DNA of 63,869 nt, filler included, from Lenisia limosa (taxonomy: Eukaryota > Protista > Breviatea), in the NCBI GenBank assembly GCA_001655205.1. It is 14 parts of 14 records of this genome, joined end to end, with 100 filler letters (N's around TTAATTAATTAA, not from the genome) between each part and the next. Parts side by side here need not be neighbours in the genome. Positions count along the whole stretch, not along the records: positions 62,702 to 63,869 come from LPNZ01005170.1; 13 more parts are not named here. One strand, 5' to 3'. Shown in pieces: positions 62,783-63,869 of the stretch. The translations under genes and the position numbers were made by a program. Below the pieces are notes generated by a model. The model was given only the letters and a program-made list of their open reading frames with translations, was not told the DNA's origin and searched no databases. Position 1 is the first letter of the stretch. Each line of letters starts with the position of its first letter.

Positions 62783-62882
62783 TAGGGTTTCATTTCGGTT
62801 CGAAAAAGTCCAGTAAAATATCAATAGTTTTCGAGGATTTATCGAGAAATTCCGTCTTTTTTCAAACCGAAGTGAAGATTCA
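62783..62882. mobile_element. MITE family A copy directly upstream of a KAP3 acceptor
   Basis: tagggtttcatttcggttcgaaaaag...aaaccgaagtgaagattca, then caccttag|exon at 62891. Confidence 0.8.
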
Positions 62883-62890
62883 CACCTTAG

Positions 62891-63869
62891 GTATGTGAAC
62901 TGGTTTTGGAGTTCAGAGGAGACACGGTGGGATTCGAGCTCTCTGCACTTCTCATCAACTTGGCGTGTACCGAGGTGGGAGAGGGGGGTAAGGATATATG
63001 TATCTGACAAAGAAAGGATATAGCATATCATATAATATGTATATTTCAGACAAAGAAACTCTCGTTAAAACAGAAGGAAATGATACTCCACCGCCACCAT
63101 CGTCAATGATTTTGTTTTGTTTTTTTGCAATTAAGTCTCATATTGAAACTAGGATCGTTGTTACTCTTCCCTCCTCCCCACAACCTAAACCCCTTGCAGT
63201 GTAGTATTTTGCCTATTCCCCAGAAAGCCCAAATAGCTACTCTCTTTATCTCCCCCAAATAAATTGCCCATCTCCCCCCTGTCAGCAAGCAGAGTTGATT
63301 TAGGCTTTATAGTTAAATTTTCTTATTTTTCTCTCTCCCCCCCCCCCCCTTTTTTNNNNNNNNNNNNNNNNNNNNNNNNNNNNNNNNNNNNNNNNNNNNN
63401 NNNNNNNNNNNNNNNNNNNNNNNNNNNNNNNNNNNNNNNNNNNNNNNNNNNNNNNNNNNCCCGAGATTTTCGAAGGAATTCTGCATAGAGGGCTGAAAAC
63501 CGGTGACAGTCTCTTGCTCAAGGCCTGTCGCAATCTTGTCATCCACCAGTCACAGCTCAAAGATATGCTTTTGGTATGTTCTTTTGAATAAATAAAGATA
63601 AATACATTAAAAGATAAACCTATGGCATATCGATATATACAGTGTATAGCATCTCGACATAGTATGTCAAAATCTTGTCATCCACCATTCACAGCACGGA
63701 TATGCCTTGGGCATGGAGTATTTATTTTGCTACTCCGTGTTTATAATACCCCCAGGATCATTTGGAGTTTGTAGCTGAGGAGGTACGGGTCAACCCTTCA
63801 GCCGAAATCGTGGTGGAGCTTTTGGGTATCCTTGGCAGCATGGCTGACCAGCGGTTCAATTTCAATGAG
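62891..63869 (+). CDS. KIFAP3: Kinesin-associated protein 3 (ARM repeats), internal exons; runs off the window end
   Basis: FELSALLINLACTE, LHRGLKTGDSLLLKACRNLVIHQ and EIVVELLGILGSMAD align by eye to KAP3 segments [34 protein letters not shown] and EFVIECLGTLANL. Confidence 0.72.

Noticed and set aside
18339-62882. MITE family A as a true introner that is itself a whole intron, or as a CRISPR-like repeat
   Set aside because: In the introns I could delimit, the element lies inside a longer intron with independent splice sites. Copies are dispersed with no spacer array.

Overview
Eukaryotic (protist-like) draft scaffold that is very intron-rich and gene-dense. It has many N-gaps and 13 artificial TTAATTAATTAA contig linkers. 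Genes were reconstructed by hand from GT-AG exons, so boundaries are approximate. In order: an XRN-like exoribonuclease that appears to lack conserved region 2, SRP receptor alpha, a Glu-rich coiled-coil protein, RPA-interacting protein, MRI1, a ZFAND2/AIRAP-like AN1 zinc-finger protein ending in CaaX, a large Cys-rich multi-pass membrane protein, an FG-GAP-like protein, V-ATPase subunit E, a Gln/Pro/Met-rich protein, an OTU-motif protein, a Rab-like GTPase with a C-terminal extension, a LicD-like protein, an SF3A1/Prp21-like SURP protein, the start of CAF-1 p60, a surface protein, and part of KAP3. The most unusual signal is in the introns. They hold about 12 copies of a ~100-bp hAT-like MITE with 8-bp TSDs, often 10-30 nt from a splice site. 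A ~70-nt element recurs at the 3' end of many unrelated introns. Introns often show G-runs after donors and C-runs before acceptors. Two further sense-oriented intronic repeat families occur, one with a cUUCGg hairpin, and several short tandem duplications copy splice sites. A USP His-box fragment lies antisense inside a ZFAND intron. No rRNA, tRNA or CRISPR array was found. The organism cannot be identified from the sequence alone.
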